Positions 19,016-29,777 of a stretch of DNA of 54,611 bases are shown in pieces. Position 1 is the first letter of the stretch. The number at the start of each line of letters is the position of its first letter. This DNA is from Clostridia bacterium (GTDB lineage Bacteria; Bacillota; Clostridia; CAKSNL01; HGM11501). A program made the position numbers and the translations under genes. The stretch lies in the NCBI GenBank assembly GCA_045545475.1, contig JAZQAZ010000048.1:1-54611 (forward strand). Direction: 5' to 3'. Under the pieces are notes generated by a model. It saw only the letters and a program-made list of their open reading frames with translations, was not told the origin of the DNA and did no database searches.

Positions 19016-20050
19016 ATGAACCAGGAACTTATGCAGGCTTTGGAAGAACTCGAACTTACCAAAGACATTAAAAAAGAGTACATGATAGAGGCTATAAAGG
19101 CGGCACTTGTTGCAGCTTGCAAAAAGAATTATCTTGACAATCTTTATGTACGTGTTGAAATGAACGAGGAAACAGGTGCAATTCAGGCCTTCACACAGAA
19201 AATGGTAGTGGAGGAAGTTGAAAGCCCTGCAAACGAAATTACTCTTGAGGAGGCTCGTGCAATAAAGCCTTCCTATGAAATCGGAGATTTTGTTGATTTT
19301 GCGGTAGATCCCATGCGTTTCGGAAGAATTGCCGCACAGACAGCAAAGCAGGTTGTTATTCAGAAAATCAGAGAAGCTGAAAGAGGACACCTTTTTGATG
19401 CATTTACGGAAAAGGAAGGAAAAATCCTTACCGGTATTATTCAGAAAGAAGACAAAAAAGGAATTATTGTTTCTCTTGAGGATAATGCCGAAGGTCTTCT
19501 TATACCGAAGGAGCAGATTCCCGGAGAAGAATATCCTTTCAATAAGAGAATGAAGTTCTTTGTTATGGAAATCAAGAAGGCTTATGCAGGTCCTCAGATT
19601 TTGCTTTCAAGAACTCATCCCGGACTTATAAGAAAACTCTTTGAACAGGAAGTTCCTGAAATTGCTGACGGAACAGTTGAAATCAAGAGCGTTGTCAGAG
19701 AAGCGGGTTCGCGCACAAAGATGGCTGTATGGTCTAATGATGAAAAAATTGACCCCATTGGTTCATGTGTAGGACAGAAGGGTATGAGAGTCAATGCCGT
19801 TATGGACGGTATGGGCGATGAAAAAATCGATATTATAAAGTATTCGGAAGATCCTGCCGAGTTTATAAAGGCGGCATTAAGTCCTGCTAAGGTTACAAGC
19901 GTTACCATAAACGAGGAAGAAAAGAGTGCTGCTGTTTTAGTTCCCGAATATCAGCTTTCCCTCGCAATCGGTAAGGAAGGTCAGAATGTTCGTATTGCGG
20001 CAAGACTTACCGGCTGGAAGATTGATATCAAGAGCGATAATGCCCAGTAA
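19016..20050 (+). CDS. nusA: Transcription factor NusA
   Basis: FGRIAAQTAKQV, REAGSRTKMAV, SLAIGKEGQNVR motifs. Confidence 0.97.
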   Translation: MNQELMQALEELELTKDIKKEYMIEAIKAALVAACKKNYLDNLYVRVEMNEETGAIQAFTQKMVVEEVESPANEITLEEARAIKPSYEIGDFVDFAVDPMRFGRIAAQTAKQVVIQKIREAERGHLFDAFTEKEGKILTGIIQKEDKKGIIVSLEDNAEGLLIPKEQIPGEEYPFNKRMKFFVMEIKKAYAGPQILLSRTHPGLIRKLFEQEVPEIADGTVEIKSVVREAGSRTKMAVWSNDEKIDPIGSCVGQKGMRVNAVMDGMGDEKIDIIKYSEDPAEFIKAALSPAKVTSVTINEEEKSAAVLVPEYQLSLAIGKEGQNVRIAARLTGWKIDIKSDNAQ

Positions 20051-20064
20051 CAGAGGTGATTTCT

Positions 20065-20328
20065 GTGGCTAAAAACATTCCTTTGCGTATGTGTTGCGTA
20101 TGCAGAGAAAGCAAAGAAAAGAAAGAACTTTTAAGAATTGTTAAAAATAAGGATGGCGAAATTTTTATAGACCCCTCCGGCAAAGCCAACGGCAGAGGTG
20201 CATATATCTGTAAAGACGGAAAGTGTGCTGAAGAAGCTGAAAAGAAAAGGGCACTTGAGCGGTCTTTCAAGGTAGCTATCGACAAAGAATTGTTTTCATC
20301 TCTTATGGAAATGAAGACAGCAGACTAA
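20065..20328 (+). CDS. ylxR: YlxR (RnpM) family nucleic-acid-binding protein
   Basis: [21 protein letters not shown] motif; GTG 20065 with GAGGTG RBS. Confidence 0.92.
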   Translation: MAKNIPLRMCCVCRESKEKKELLRIVKNKDGEIFIDPSGKANGRGAYICKDGKCAEEAEKKRALERSFKVAIDKELFSSLMEMKTAD

Positions 20329-20344
20329 TCATGGAGGTGTTTCT

Positions 20345-22606
20345 ATGGCTAAAATTAAAGTAAACGAACTTTCTAAAGAGCTCGGCGTAAAGAGTGCTGA
20401 GCTTGTTGAATTACTTAGAGATACAGGTTCTCAGGTAAAGGGCTATTCCAGCGTACTTTCTGATATGGATATGAATATAATCCTTGAGCATTTCACAAAG
20501 CTTTACGATGACGGCTCTGATATTTATGAATTCATGAAGTCGTTGTGCCCTGTTGAAGAGCCTAAAAAGGAAGAACCCAAGAAGGAAGTTAAGAATGTTT
20601 CTGAAGAAAAGGAACCTGCTCCCGTAAAGGAATCCGGCACAAAACCCAACCGAAACACGGAAAAGAGATATGTTGACACCCGTGCTAACGTTGTGGATCT
20701 TTCCAAGTATAATGACAGTGAAAAAATCGAGGAGCTTGCTCCTGAACTTAAGGATACTGTTACAAACAAACAGAAAATTAAAAAGGGACAAAAGAATAAA
20801 ATGCAGCAGCAGAAAAATAATTTTGTTCCCAAAAAGGAAGAACCCAAGAAAAAGGAAAAGCTTGAAATAGAGATTCCTGATGAAATCATCGTATCTGACC
20901 TTGCGGAAAAGCTTAAGGCATCTGTTAACGATGTAATCAAGCGTCTCATGTTAATCGGCGTTATGGCCAATGTTAATCAGGCTGTTGACTTTGATACTGC
21001 AAGTTTAATTGCAGAAGATATGGGTGCAAAGGTAACAAAGGAAATTATTGTTACAAAAGAGGATGTTCTCTTTAATGATACAGAGGACGCTCCTGAGGAT
21101 TTACTTCCCAGAGATCCCGTTGTTGTTGTTATGGGTCACGTTGACCACGGTAAGACATCACTTCTTGACGCTATAAGAGAGACAAACGTTGTATCCGGCG
21201 AGGCAGGCGGTATTACTCAGCACATCGGTGCGTACCGTGTTAAAATAAACGACCGTCAGATTACTTTCCTTGATACACCCGGTCATGAAGCGTTTACCGC
21301 AATGCGTGCCAGAGGTGCACAGGTAACTGATATTGCAATTCTTGTTGTTGCGGCTGACGACGGAATTATGCCTCAGACTGTTGAAGCGATTAACCACGCT
21401 AAGGCTGCAGGTCTTACAACAATTGTTGCAATCAATAAAATTGATAAGGAAAGTGCGGATATTGCAAGAGTAAAACGTGAACTTTCTGAGAATGATATAT
21501 TGATAGAAGAGTGGGGCGGAGATACTGTTTGTGTTGAAGTTTCCGCAAAACAGAGAATCAACATTGAAGGCCTTCTTGAAATGGTTATCTTAAGTGCCGA
21601 TATGCTTGAGCTTAAGGCTAACCCCAACAGAATGGCTAAGGGTACAGTAATTGAGTCCCGTCTTGATAAGGGAAGAGGTCCTGTTGCAACCGTTCTTGTT
21701 CAGCGTGGTACACTTAAACAGGGTGACGTGGTTGTTGCAGGAACAAGTGTAGGTAGAGTTCGTGTAATGTCCGATGATAAGGGCAATAAGATTAAAGAGG
21801 CAGGGCCTTCCGTACCTGTTGAGATTGTTGGTCTTTCAGAGGCTCCCGAAGGTGGCGAAGTATTCTTTGCGGTTGACGATGAAAGAGCTGCACGTGACGT
21901 TGTAGAGGCAAGAAAGCAGAAGATTAAGGATGAGGCTATTTTGGCCCAGTCTGCGGTAAATCTTGATGATCTCTTTGCTCAGATTTCTCAGGGTGATGTG
22001 AAGACTCTTAACATAATAGTAAAGGCCGACGTTCAGGGTAGTGTTGAAGCGGTACGTCAGAGTCTTGAAAAGCTTTCCAATGAGGAAGTTAAAGTTAAGG
22101 TTATTCACGGGGCAGTCGGCGGTGTAAATGAGTCCGACGTTATGCTGGCATCCGCATCCAACGCCATTATCGTAGGATTTAATGTAAGACCCGACAGCGG
22201 AGCAAGAGTGGCTGCTGAAACAAAGGGCATCGAAATGAGAATGTATCGTATTATTTACGATGCAATTGATGAAATTGAAGCTGCCATGAAGGGCATGCTT
22301 GCACCTAAGTTCCGTGAAAAGGTAACAGGTCATGCAGAGGTACGTCAGACATTCAAGGTTTCCAGCGTAGGTACTATCGCAGGATGCTATGTTACAGACG
22401 GTGTAATCCAGAGAAACAACCAGGTAAGAGTTGTTCGTAACGGTATCGTTATTTACGAAGGTGCAATTGACTCTCTTAAGAGATTTAAGGATGATGCCAA
22501 GGAAGTTGCATCAGGCTTTGAATGCGGTATGAGTATTGAAAAGTTTAACGACATCAAGGAAGGCGACGTATTCGAAAGCTTTACAATGGAAGAGGTTGAA
22601 AGATAA
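20345..22606 (+). CDS. infB: Translation initiation factor IF-2
   Basis: [30 protein letters not shown] motifs. Confidence 0.98.
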   Translation: MAKIKVNELSKELGVKSAELVELLRDTGSQVKGYSSVLSDMDMNIILEHFTKLYDDGSDIYEFMKSLCPVEEPKKEEPKKEVKNVSEEKEPAPVKESGTKPNRNTEKRYVDTRANVVDLSKYNDSEKIEELAPELKDTVTNKQKIKKGQKNKMQQQKNNFVPKKEEPKKKEKLEIEIPDEIIVSDLAEKLKASVNDVIKRLMLIGVMANVNQAVDFDTASLIAEDMGAKVTKEIIVTKEDVLFNDTEDAPEDLLPRDPVVVVMGHVDHGKTSLLDAIRETNVVSGEAGGITQHIGAYRVKINDRQITFLDTPGHEAFTAMRARGAQVTDIAILVVAADDGIMPQTVEAINHAKAAGLTTIVAINKIDKESADIARVKRELSENDILIEEWGGDTVCVEVSAKQRINIEGLLEMVILSADMLELKANPNRMAKGTVIESRLDKGRGPVATVLVQRGTLKQGDVVVAGTSVGRVRVMSDDKGNKIKEAGPSVPVEIVGLSEAPEGGEVFFAVDDERAARDVVEARKQKIKDEAILAQSAVNLDDLFAQISQGDVKTLNIIVKADVQGSVEAVRQSLEKLSNEEVKVKVIHGAVGGVNESDVMLASASNAIIVGFNVRPDSGARVAAETKGIEMRMYRIIYDAIDEIEAAMKGMLAPKFREKVTGHAEVRQTFKVSSVGTIAGCYVTDGVIQRNNQVRVVRNGIVIYEGAIDSLKRFKDDAKEVASGFECGMSIEKFNDIKEGDVFESFTMEEVER

Positions 22607-22969
22607 ATGAGTTTCGACAGGATTGAGCGAATTTCCGGCGAAGTAATGAGGGAGCTTTCAAATATTTTAAGAGAAATAAAAGATCCCAGAATGAAGGGCA
22701 TGGTAAGTATTCTTGCCGTTAAGGTGGCAAAGGATTTATCGCATGCCAAGGTTATTTTAAGTGTGCTTGGTACCGAGGAGGATAAAAAGTCAACTCTCGC
22801 TGCATTGAAATCTGCAAGCGGCTATATAAGACGCGAGCTTTCGGGCAGAGTTGACCTTCGTATCACTCCCCAGTTAAGCTTTGAAATCAGTGATTCCATT
22901 GAACACGAAATTCACATAAGTAAAATTATTGAAGATGCGTTAAAGGGAACTGAGGGAAAAAATGAGTAA
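22607..22969 (+). CDS. rbfA: Ribosome-binding factor A
   Basis: IKDPR..DLSHAKV..ASGYIR..LRITPQLSF; position after infB. Confidence 0.95.
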   Translation: MSFDRIERISGEVMRELSNILREIKDPRMKGMVSILAVKVAKDLSHAKVILSVLGTEEDKKSTLAALKSASGYIRRELSGRVDLRITPQLSFEISDSIEHEIHISKIIEDALKGTEGKNE

Positions 22970-23942
22970 ATTTTCTGATATTATAAAAGAAATTGAAAAA
23001 GCGGAGAGCATCGCTGTTTTCGTCCATGTAAATATGGACGGAGATGCGGTAGGCTCCGCATTTTCCTTTGCCAATGCATTGAAGGATTTTGGCAAAAAGG
23101 TTACGGTTGTGCTTAATGATAATCCTCCGCCTTATTTGAAATATTTCTGCGATGACTATGTAACAGAGTCGGACGAAGAATTTGATCTTGCCGTGGCTCT
23201 TGATTGCGGAGATATGGCAAGACTGGGATGGTGTAAGGCACTTTTTGAAAAAGCACACCGTCATGTTTGCATTGACCATCATGTGTCAAATGTGGGATAC
23301 GGCGACGTAAACTATATAAAAGCGGAAGCTTCAAGCACAAGTGAAATTATTTATGAATTTATTATGGAATTTACGGGGAAAATTTCCCCCCGCCAGGCAG
23401 AACAGCTTTATGCAGGCTTTATCACCGATACAGGAGGATTTAAGTTTTCAAACACCACGCCCGAAAGCTTTATATACAGTGCCGAACTTTTAAAATGCGG
23501 TGCCGATATAAGCAGGGTTTGCATAGAAATTTATGAGTGTGTATCTTTGGGTAAGCTTAAGCTTAAGTCAAGGGCACTTGATTCACTTAAGCTTTACTCC
23601 GGAGGAAAAATTTCTTCTGTTATTTTAACCGAAAAGGATTTTGAGGAAACCGGAACGGAATTTTCCGATTGCGAGGGATTTTCTGAAATCGGAAGAAGTG
23701 TTGACGGAGTTGAAGCGGCGTTTTCTATAACCATTAAAAACCAGGTAAAAGTAAGTCTTCGCAGTAAATCCTATGTGGATGTGTCCCGTGTTGCGACTCA
23801 TTTTGGCGGAGGAGGACATGTGAGGGCGAGCGGATTTACATTGCCCGGCGATACCGATGTACCGCATCTTACAGAGGAAATAGTTAAGATGCTTGAAAAA
23901 GAGATAATGGAGCACGAAAATGAACGGAGTAATAATAATTGA
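22962..23942 (+). CDS. nrnA: DHH/DHHA1 oligoribonuclease/pAp phosphatase
   Basis: DGDAVGS, IDHH, TDTG, VSLRS, GGGGHVRASG motifs. Confidence 0.88.
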   Translation: MSKFSDIIKEIEKAESIAVFVHVNMDGDAVGSAFSFANALKDFGKKVTVVLNDNPPPYLKYFCDDYVTESDEEFDLAVALDCGDMARLGWCKALFEKAHRHVCIDHHVSNVGYGDVNYIKAEASSTSEIIYEFIMEFTGKISPRQAEQLYAGFITDTGGFKFSNTTPESFIYSAELLKCGADISRVCIEIYECVSLGKLKLKSRALDSLKLYSGGKISSVILTEKDFEETGTEFSDCEGFSEIGRSVDGVEAAFSITIKNQVKVSLRSKSYVDVSRVATHFGGGGHVRASGFTLPGDTDVPHLTEEIVKMLEKEIMEHENERSNNN

Positions 23943-24804
23943 CAAGGAAGCAGGGTTTACAAGCTTTGACGTTGTTGCTAAGGTGAGAAAACTCTGCAGG
24001 CCGTTTAAGGTCGGTCATACGGGGACGTTGGATCCTGACGCTACCGGGGTGCTTCCTGTTTGTATAGGAAATGCAACAAGAGCGGCAGACATAATGAGCG
24101 GAAACGACAAGAAAAGCTATCGTGCAGTAATGCGTTTGGGCTCTGCAACGGAGACCTATGATGCATCGGGTGCTGTTACGGAAAGTGCAGACGCCACCGG
24201 AGTTACGGATGAGCTTGTTGAAAATGCTCTTTCCTCATTTCGTGGAGAAATTATGCAGGTTCCTCCGATGTACTCGGCAATAAAGATAGGCGGAAAAAAG
24301 CTTTATGAGCTTGCCAGAGAAGGTAAGGAAATAGAAAGGGAAGCAAGAAGGGTTATAATTCACTCTCTTTCTGTTGTGGCACGGGAAGGAAACGATATAA
24401 CCATTGACGTGGATTGCTCAAAAGGAACATACATAAGAAGTCTTTGCCACGATGTTGGCATAAAGCTTGGGTGTTTTGCCCATATGGCATCTTTGAGAAG
24501 AACGAAAAGCGGAAACTTTACACTTGACGATGCAGTTAAGCTTTCTGAATTAGTGGATGCTTCGGACATTGAAAAGCACCTTATCCCTACCGAAAGACTT
24601 TTTGATTATCCCGATTTTACGGTAAGTGAAAAACAGGAATATCTCGTAAGAAACGGCGTGAGTGCTTACTGTGAGGGAGAAGAAGGCAAATACAGAGTAT
24701 TTAATAAAAAAGGTGAATTTCTTTCTGTTTCGGAAATTGTCAATATGGACGGAAGAAAGTGTTTGAAGCTTGTGAAGAGCTTTTACGGAGCAACAAAGGA
24801 CTGA
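23920..24804 (+). CDS. truB: tRNA pseudouridine(55) synthase
   Basis: KVGHTGTLDP, QVPPMYSAIK, CSKGTYIRSL. Confidence 0.96.
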   Translation: MNGVIIIDKEAGFTSFDVVAKVRKLCRPFKVGHTGTLDPDATGVLPVCIGNATRAADIMSGNDKKSYRAVMRLGSATETYDASGAVTESADATGVTDELVENALSSFRGEIMQVPPMYSAIKIGGKKLYELAREGKEIEREARRVIIHSLSVVAREGNDITIDVDCSKGTYIRSLCHDVGIKLGCFAHMASLRRTKSGNFTLDDAVKLSELVDASDIEKHLIPTERLFDYPDFTVSEKQEYLVRNGVSAYCEGEEGKYRVFNKKGEFLSVSEIVNMDGRKCLKLVKSFYGATKD

Positions 24805-24808
24805 TTTT

Positions 24809-25717
24809 GTGATAATATTAGGCGAAGATAAAAAACTTAATAACACATCTGTCTGCATAGGAAATTTTGACGGAGTACATATGGCACACAGGGCACTTAT
24901 AAAAATGGCCAACGATGAGAAAGATAATCTTGAAAGTGTCATATATACCTTTTCGCCTCATCCTAAAAAAGTTTTCGGAAAAGAGCTTTGCTTTATACAA
25001 AGCGAAGAGGAAAAAAAGAAAACATTGTCAAAAACAGAATGTGATTATCTGTTTTTGAAAGAAACAACCAAGGAGTTTCTCGGGAAAAGTCCGCTTGACT
25101 TTGTAAGGGAAGAACTGGTTGAAAGACTTGGGGCAAAAAAGGTTTTCGTGGGTTATGACTTTAAGTTCGGCAAAAACTCCGAGGGTGATGCAGATCTTCT
25201 TTCATCTCTTGGGAAAGAATACGGATTTTCTGTTCATATCCTTTCGGAAATTAAAATTGCGGATATTCCCGTGAAGAGTAGTACTATAAGGCGTTTTATT
25301 GAAGACGGAGATTTTTACAGTGCCAATCTCCTGCTCGGAAGACTCCATTCCTATGAGGGGGATATAGTCCACGGAAAAAGTCTTGGAAGAAATCTCGGCT
25401 TTCCCACGGCAAATATTTTTCCCGGAAGGGAAAAGGCACTTCCGCCATTCGGAGTATATGCAGCAAAGGCAGAAGTTGAAGGCGAAATTTATGATGCTGT
25501 TGTAAATGTGGGGATTAATCCCACGGTTGAAAACGGGGATGTTCCCAAAATGGAAGTTAATTTAATAGATTTTAATAAAGATATTTACGGAAAACGGATA
25601 AAAATTTCTTTTTTCAAAATAATAAGAAGAGAGAAAAAGTTCAAAAATATAGATGAACTTAAATATCAAATTGAAAAAGATGTAAAAAATGCAAAAAAAT
25701 GTTTGACAAACTGTTAA
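24809..25717 (+). CDS. ribF: Bifunctional riboflavin kinase/FAD synthetase
   Basis: IGNFDGVH, VGYDFKFG, SSTIR, LGFPTAN motifs. Confidence 0.95.
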   Translation: MIILGEDKKLNNTSVCIGNFDGVHMAHRALIKMANDEKDNLESVIYTFSPHPKKVFGKELCFIQSEEEKKKTLSKTECDYLFLKETTKEFLGKSPLDFVREELVERLGAKKVFVGYDFKFGKNSEGDADLLSSLGKEYGFSVHILSEIKIADIPVKSSTIRRFIEDGDFYSANLLLGRLHSYEGDIVHGKSLGRNLGFPTANIFPGREKALPPFGVYAAKAEVEGEIYDAVVNVGINPTVENGDVPKMEVNLIDFNKDIYGKRIKISFFKIIRREKKFKNIDELKYQIEKDVKNAKKCLTNC

Positions 25718-25810
25718 ATATGTGTTAAAATAAATGATGGCTTATGAATGGCCGAACCTTATGCGAGGTTTCGGGGTTCACCGCCCTTTGCTTCGTGTAA
25801 AGGAGATATT
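25703..25810 (+). promoter_or_regulatory. rpsO promoter and S15 autoregulatory leader
   Basis: TTGACA-17-TAAAAT (25703-25731), then a structured leader GAACCTTATGCGAGG...CTTCGTGTAAAGG resembling the Firmicute S15 leader. Confidence 0.6.
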
Positions 25811-25828
25811 AAATTAGGAGGTGTAGTA

Positions 25829-26092
25829 ATGTTAAAGGACAGAAAGCAGGAAATTATCGCTACTTATCGCACAAGCGAGAACGATACAGGTTCTCCTGAA
25901 GTTCAGATTGCTCTTTTGACCGAGAGAATCAATCATCTTAATGAACATCTCAAGGTGAATAAGAAGGACCATCATTCAAGAAGAGGTCTTCTTAAGATGG
26001 TAGGTAAGAGAAGAAGCTTACTTAACTATCTTGAAAGAATCGACATCGAAAGATATCGTGCAATCCTTGAAAAGCTTGGCTTAAGAAAGTAA
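25829..26092 (+). CDS. rpsO: 30S ribosomal protein S15
   Basis: [28 protein letters not shown]; ATG 25829 with AGGAGG RBS. Confidence 0.98.
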   Translation: MLKDRKQEIIATYRTSENDTGSPEVQIALLTERINHLNEHLKVNKKDHHSRRGLLKMVGKRRSLLNYLERIDIERYRAILEKLGLRK

Positions 26093-26100
26093 TTATATGC

Positions 26101-26135
26101 AGGCGGTCGTTACTTTAATGACCGCCGCTTTCTTC
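26101..26135 (+). terminator. Putative rpsO terminator
   Basis: GGCGGTCGTTA-CTT-TAATGACCGCC followed by T-rich tail. Confidence 0.6.
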
Positions 26136-26186
26136 TATTTGAGAAAGTTCGTAAAGTATGCATTAAAGCGTAAAAAAACAAAAAAT

Positions 26187-26260
26187 GGCCGAAAGCGATT
26201 AGCAGTTAGATGTGCTTTTTCTCCTTGAGAAGGCAGATCTAAGTGCTAAATGCTTAGGCC
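26187..26260 (+). promoter_or_regulatory. Long imperfect hairpin in pnp 5' leader
   Basis: Nested pairings GGCC/GGCC, AAGC/GCTT, TTAGCA/TGCTAA, TTAGAT/ATCTAA, TGCT/GGCA, TTCTC/GAGAA. Confidence 0.65.
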
Positions 26261-26294
26261 TGGAAAATATTAATAACCGAAAGGAAGGTATTTT

Positions 26295-28409
26295 ATGAAG
26301 AAAATATTCACTACAGAAGTAGCAGGCCGTCCCTTCAGCGTTGAAGTTGGAGAACTTGCACAGCTTGCAAACGGAAGTGCATTCGTTAAATACGGAGAAA
26401 CTGCAGTACTTTGTACAGCAACAGCTTCCGCAAAGCCCAGAGAAGGCGTGGACTTTTTCCCTTTAAGCGTTGATTATGAAGAAAAGCTTTACAGCGTAGG
26501 TAAGATTCCCGGAAGCTATACACGCCGTGAATCCCGTCCTTCTGAGCATGCTATTTTAAGCTCCAGATGTATTGACAGACCTATCCGTCCCTTATTCCCC
26601 GCAGACCTTCGTAACGACGTAACAGTTATCACAACAGTTATGTCCGTTGATCAGGATTTCCAGCCTGAGGTAACCGCATTAATCGGTGCATCTCTTGCGA
26701 TTTCTATTTCCGACATTCCCTTTAACGGTCCCATCGCAGGTGTAAATGTTGGTCTTGTTGACGGAAAGCTTATCTTAAACCCCACAGAAGAAGAAAGAGC
26801 AGCTAGCTCCCTTAACTTAACCGTTGCAGGTACAAAGGAAAAGGTTAACATGATCGAGTGCGGTGCTGACAGTGTTCCCGAAGATACAATGTTAGAAGCA
26901 ATTTTACTTGCACACGAAGAAATCAAAAAGGTTTGCACATGGATTGAAAGCGTTGCAGCTGAAATCGGCAAGGCAAAGTTTGATTATGAACATGTAACAG
27001 TTGATGAAGAGCTTTTCGAAGAAGTAAAGGCTTTTGCTATTGACAGAGTTAAGTGGGCGCTTGACACAGATGATAAGAGAATCCGTGATGAACACATGGC
27101 AGTTGTTTCTTCCGAGGTTTACGAACACTTTGCTGACCGTTATCCCGAAGCAGAAGGACAGGCTGTACTTGACGGAGTATTATACAAGCTCCAGAAGTTT
27201 GTTGTAAGAAGATGGCTCCTTGACGAAGGCAAGAGAGTTGACGGCAGAGGAATGGACGAAATCCGTCCCCTTTCCTGCGACATCGATCTTCTTCCCAGAG
27301 TTCACGGTTCTGCACTCTTCACAAGAGGTCAGACTCAGGTGCTGACAGCAACAACTCTTGCTACATTATCCGAGGCTCAGATGCTTGACGGTATCGATAA
27401 TGAAGAATCCAAGAGATATATTCACCACTACAATTTCCCCTCTTACTCTGTAGGTGAAACCCGTCCTTCAAGAGGACCCGGAAGAAGAGAAATTGGTCAC
27501 GGTGCACTTGCTGAAAAGGCACTCGTTCCCGTAATCCCCTCAGAGCAGGAGTTCCCCTATGCTATAAGACTTGTATCCGAAGTTTTATCTTCAAACGGTT
27601 CTACAAGCCAGGGAAGTATCTGTGCAAGCACACTGTCTTTAATGGCAGCAGGCGTTCCGATTAAGGCTCCTGTTGCAGGTATTTCCTGCGGCCTTATCAC
27701 AGAAGGCGACAGATTTATCACCATGACAGACATCCAGGGCTTAGAGGACTTCTTCGGCGACATGGACTTTAAGGTAGCAGGTACAAAAGACGGTATCACA
27801 GCCATTCAGGTTGATATAAAGATTGACGGTCTTACACCCGAAATCATAAAGACAGCGTTCGAGAAGACAAGAGTTGCAAGACTCCATATCTTGGATGATG
27901 TAATGCTTAAAAGAATTGCAGAGCCCAGAGAGCAGCTTTCTGCTTATGCTCCCAAGATCATCTCCACAAAGATTGATCCTGAAAAGATTCGTGAAGTTAT
28001 TGGCTCCGGCGGTAAGACAATTCAGAGAATTACAGCAGAAACCGGTGTTAAGATTGATATCGAGGACGACGGAAGCGTATTTATCGCTTGTGTAGATTAC
28101 GAAGCAGGTATGAAGGCGTTAAAGATCGTTGAAGGTATCGCATCTGAGCCTAAGGTTGGAGAAACCTACACAGGTAAGGTTATGAGAATTATGGACTTCG
28201 GTGCATTCGTTGAATATCTTCCCGGCAAGGAAGGCCTGGTTCACATCTCCAAGCTTGACACAAAGAGAGTTGACAAGGTAACAGATATCGTTTCCGTTGG
28301 CGACGAAATTCAGGTTAAGTTAATCGAAGTTGACCGTCAGGGAAGAATAAATCTCTCCAGAAAGGACGCTCTTTTAGACCTCGAAAAGAAGGCTGAAGAC
28401 GCAGAATAA
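26295..28409 (+). CDS. pnp: Polyribonucleotide nucleotidyltransferase (PNPase)
   Basis: DFFPLSVDY, RPIRPLFP, HGSALFTRGQTQ, GDMDFKVAG, KH and S1 domains. Confidence 0.98.
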   Translation: MKKIFTTEVAGRPFSVEVGELAQLANGSAFVKYGETAVLCTATASAKPREGVDFFPLSVDYEEKLYSVGKIPGSYTRRESRPSEHAILSSRCIDRPIRPLFPADLRNDVTVITTVMSVDQDFQPEVTALIGASLAISISDIPFNGPIAGVNVGLVDGKLILNPTEEERAASSLNLTVAGTKEKVNMIECGADSVPEDTMLEAILLAHEEIKKVCTWIESVAAEIGKAKFDYEHVTVDEELFEEVKAFAIDRVKWALDTDDKRIRDEHMAVVSSEVYEHFADRYPEAEGQAVLDGVLYKLQKFVVRRWLLDEGKRVDGRGMDEIRPLSCDIDLLPRVHGSALFTRGQTQVLTATTLATLSEAQMLDGIDNEESKRYIHHYNFPSYSVGETRPSRGPGRREIGHGALAEKALVPVIPSEQEFPYAIRLVSEVLSSNGSTSQGSICASTLSLMAAGVPIKAPVAGISCGLITEGDRFITMTDIQGLEDFFGDMDFKVAGTKDGITAIQVDIKIDGLTPEIIKTAFEKTRVARLHILDDVMLKRIAEPREQLSAYAPKIISTKIDPEKIREVIGSGGKTIQRITAETGVKIDIEDDGSVFIACVDYEAGMKALKIVEGIASEPKVGETYTGKVMRIMDFGAFVEYLPGKEGLVHISKLDTKRVDKVTDIVSVGDEIQVKLIEVDRQGRINLSRKDALLDLEKKAEDAE

Positions 28410-29626
28410 TGATAGAAATTAAAACTCTTTCAAACAAATTGAAAATTGCATATGAAAGATTACCTCACGCCCGCTCAGTTTCAGCGGGCGTTTGGGTTTT
28501 ATCCGGGTCCAGATATGAAAAGATAAGCGGAATTTCACATTTTATAGAGCATATGCTGTTTAAGGGAACCAAAACAAAATCTGCCAGGGAGCTGGCCGAA
28601 AAGATGGATTTGACAGGCGGACAGCTAAACGCATATACCACCAGGGAATATACTTCATATTATGCTCTTACGGTGGACAATAGCTTAGAAGATGCCCTTG
28701 AGGTTTTAAGCGATATGATTAAAAATTCCCGCTTTTCTGAAAGTGATATAGAGCTTGAGAAAGGCGTGGTTTTAGAAGAAATCGCCATGTATGAAGATTC
28801 GCCCGAGGATCTTGTTTATGACCTTCTTGAAGAGCATGCTTTTTCGGGAAACAGCTTGGGACGTAATATAACAGGAAGCAGAGAAAGCGTTATCAGCATA
28901 ACGAGAAATGATATACTTTCTCATATGGAAGCTTTTTACACACCGTCCAACATGGTGCTTTCTGTGGCCGGGAACTTTAATGAGGACGAGCTTTTGTACT
29001 TTGCAGACAAGTATTTCGGGGATATGAAGGATAGCTTTGCTGTTACGCCGGAATATATCAAGCCCGCATTTACAAGCGGAGAAAATACCACTGTAAAAGA
29101 AATTGAGCAGGCAAATATTGCTATAGGTTATGAAAGCTTCGGATACGATAATGATTTAAGATATCCTCTTATAATTTTGAATAATGCCTTTGGTTCATCC
29201 ATGAGTTCCAGACTTTTTCAGAGAATAAGAGAAGAGGAAGGCCTGGCGTATTCTGTGTACTCATCGGTGGCAAGCTATCGTGACATAGGGCTTTTCAGTA
29301 TTTATGCAGGACTTAAGGCGGAAAATCTTTCTAAAACTGAAAAGATAATTAAAGAGGAAACGGAAAAACTGGTGAAAAGCGGACTTACCGAGGAGGAAAT
29401 AGCGAGGGCGAAAAAGCAGATTGCGGGAAGTCTTATTTTGAGCGGTGAATCTGTAAGTAGTCATATGAGCACGATGGGTAAGGGGATTTTGTTAAACGGT
29501 GCAGTTAAAACCGAGGACGAACTCCTTGCAAAAGTGGAAGCGGTAACAGATAGAGACATACTTCTGGTGGCGGAAAAGGTTTTTGCAAACGGAAGTTGCT
29601 TTAAAGAAATTGTAAAAGGAAAATAG
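28409..29626 (+). CDS. M16 (pitrilysin) family peptidase, MlpA/YmxG-like
   Basis: HFIEHMLFKGT inverted zinc motif; SSRLFQRIREEEGLAYSV. Confidence 0.92.
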   Translation: MIEIKTLSNKLKIAYERLPHARSVSAGVWVLSGSRYEKISGISHFIEHMLFKGTKTKSARELAEKMDLTGGQLNAYTTREYTSYYALTVDNSLEDALEVLSDMIKNSRFSESDIELEKGVVLEEIAMYEDSPEDLVYDLLEEHAFSGNSLGRNITGSRESVISITRNDILSHMEAFYTPSNMVLSVAGNFNEDELLYFADKYFGDMKDSFAVTPEYIKPAFTSGENTTVKEIEQANIAIGYESFGYDNDLRYPLIILNNAFGSSMSSRLFQRIREEEGLAYSVYSSVASYRDIGLFSIYAGLKAENLSKTEKIIKEETEKLVKSGLTEEEIARAKKQIAGSLILSGESVSSHMSTMGKGILLNGAVKTEDELLAKVEAVTDRDILLVAEKVFANGSCFKEIVKGK

Positions 29627-29635
29627 CAGGAAATG

Positions 29636-29672
29636 AAAAAGCGTATCACCAAAAAGGGGATACGCTTTTTTT
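29636..29672 (+). terminator. Intrinsic terminator
   Basis: AAAAAGCGTATC...GATACGCTTTTTT. Confidence 0.8.
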
Positions 29673-29682
29673 AATGGGAATT

Positions 29683-29721
29683 TTGTCGTAGGGTTTTTGT
29701 ATGATAAGCCACGGTGCGACA
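29683..29721. promoter_or_regulatory. Possible Spo0A boxes upstream of spoIIE
   Basis: TGTCGTA (plus) and TGTCGCA (minus), each 6/7 to TGTCGAA, before a gene that is Spo0A-activated in Bacillus and Clostridium. Confidence 0.4.
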
Positions 29722-29777
29722 GCATTTTCGGTTTTACTTTGGTATAATGAAAAAAAGCTTGTCCGGGAGTGTTTGTT

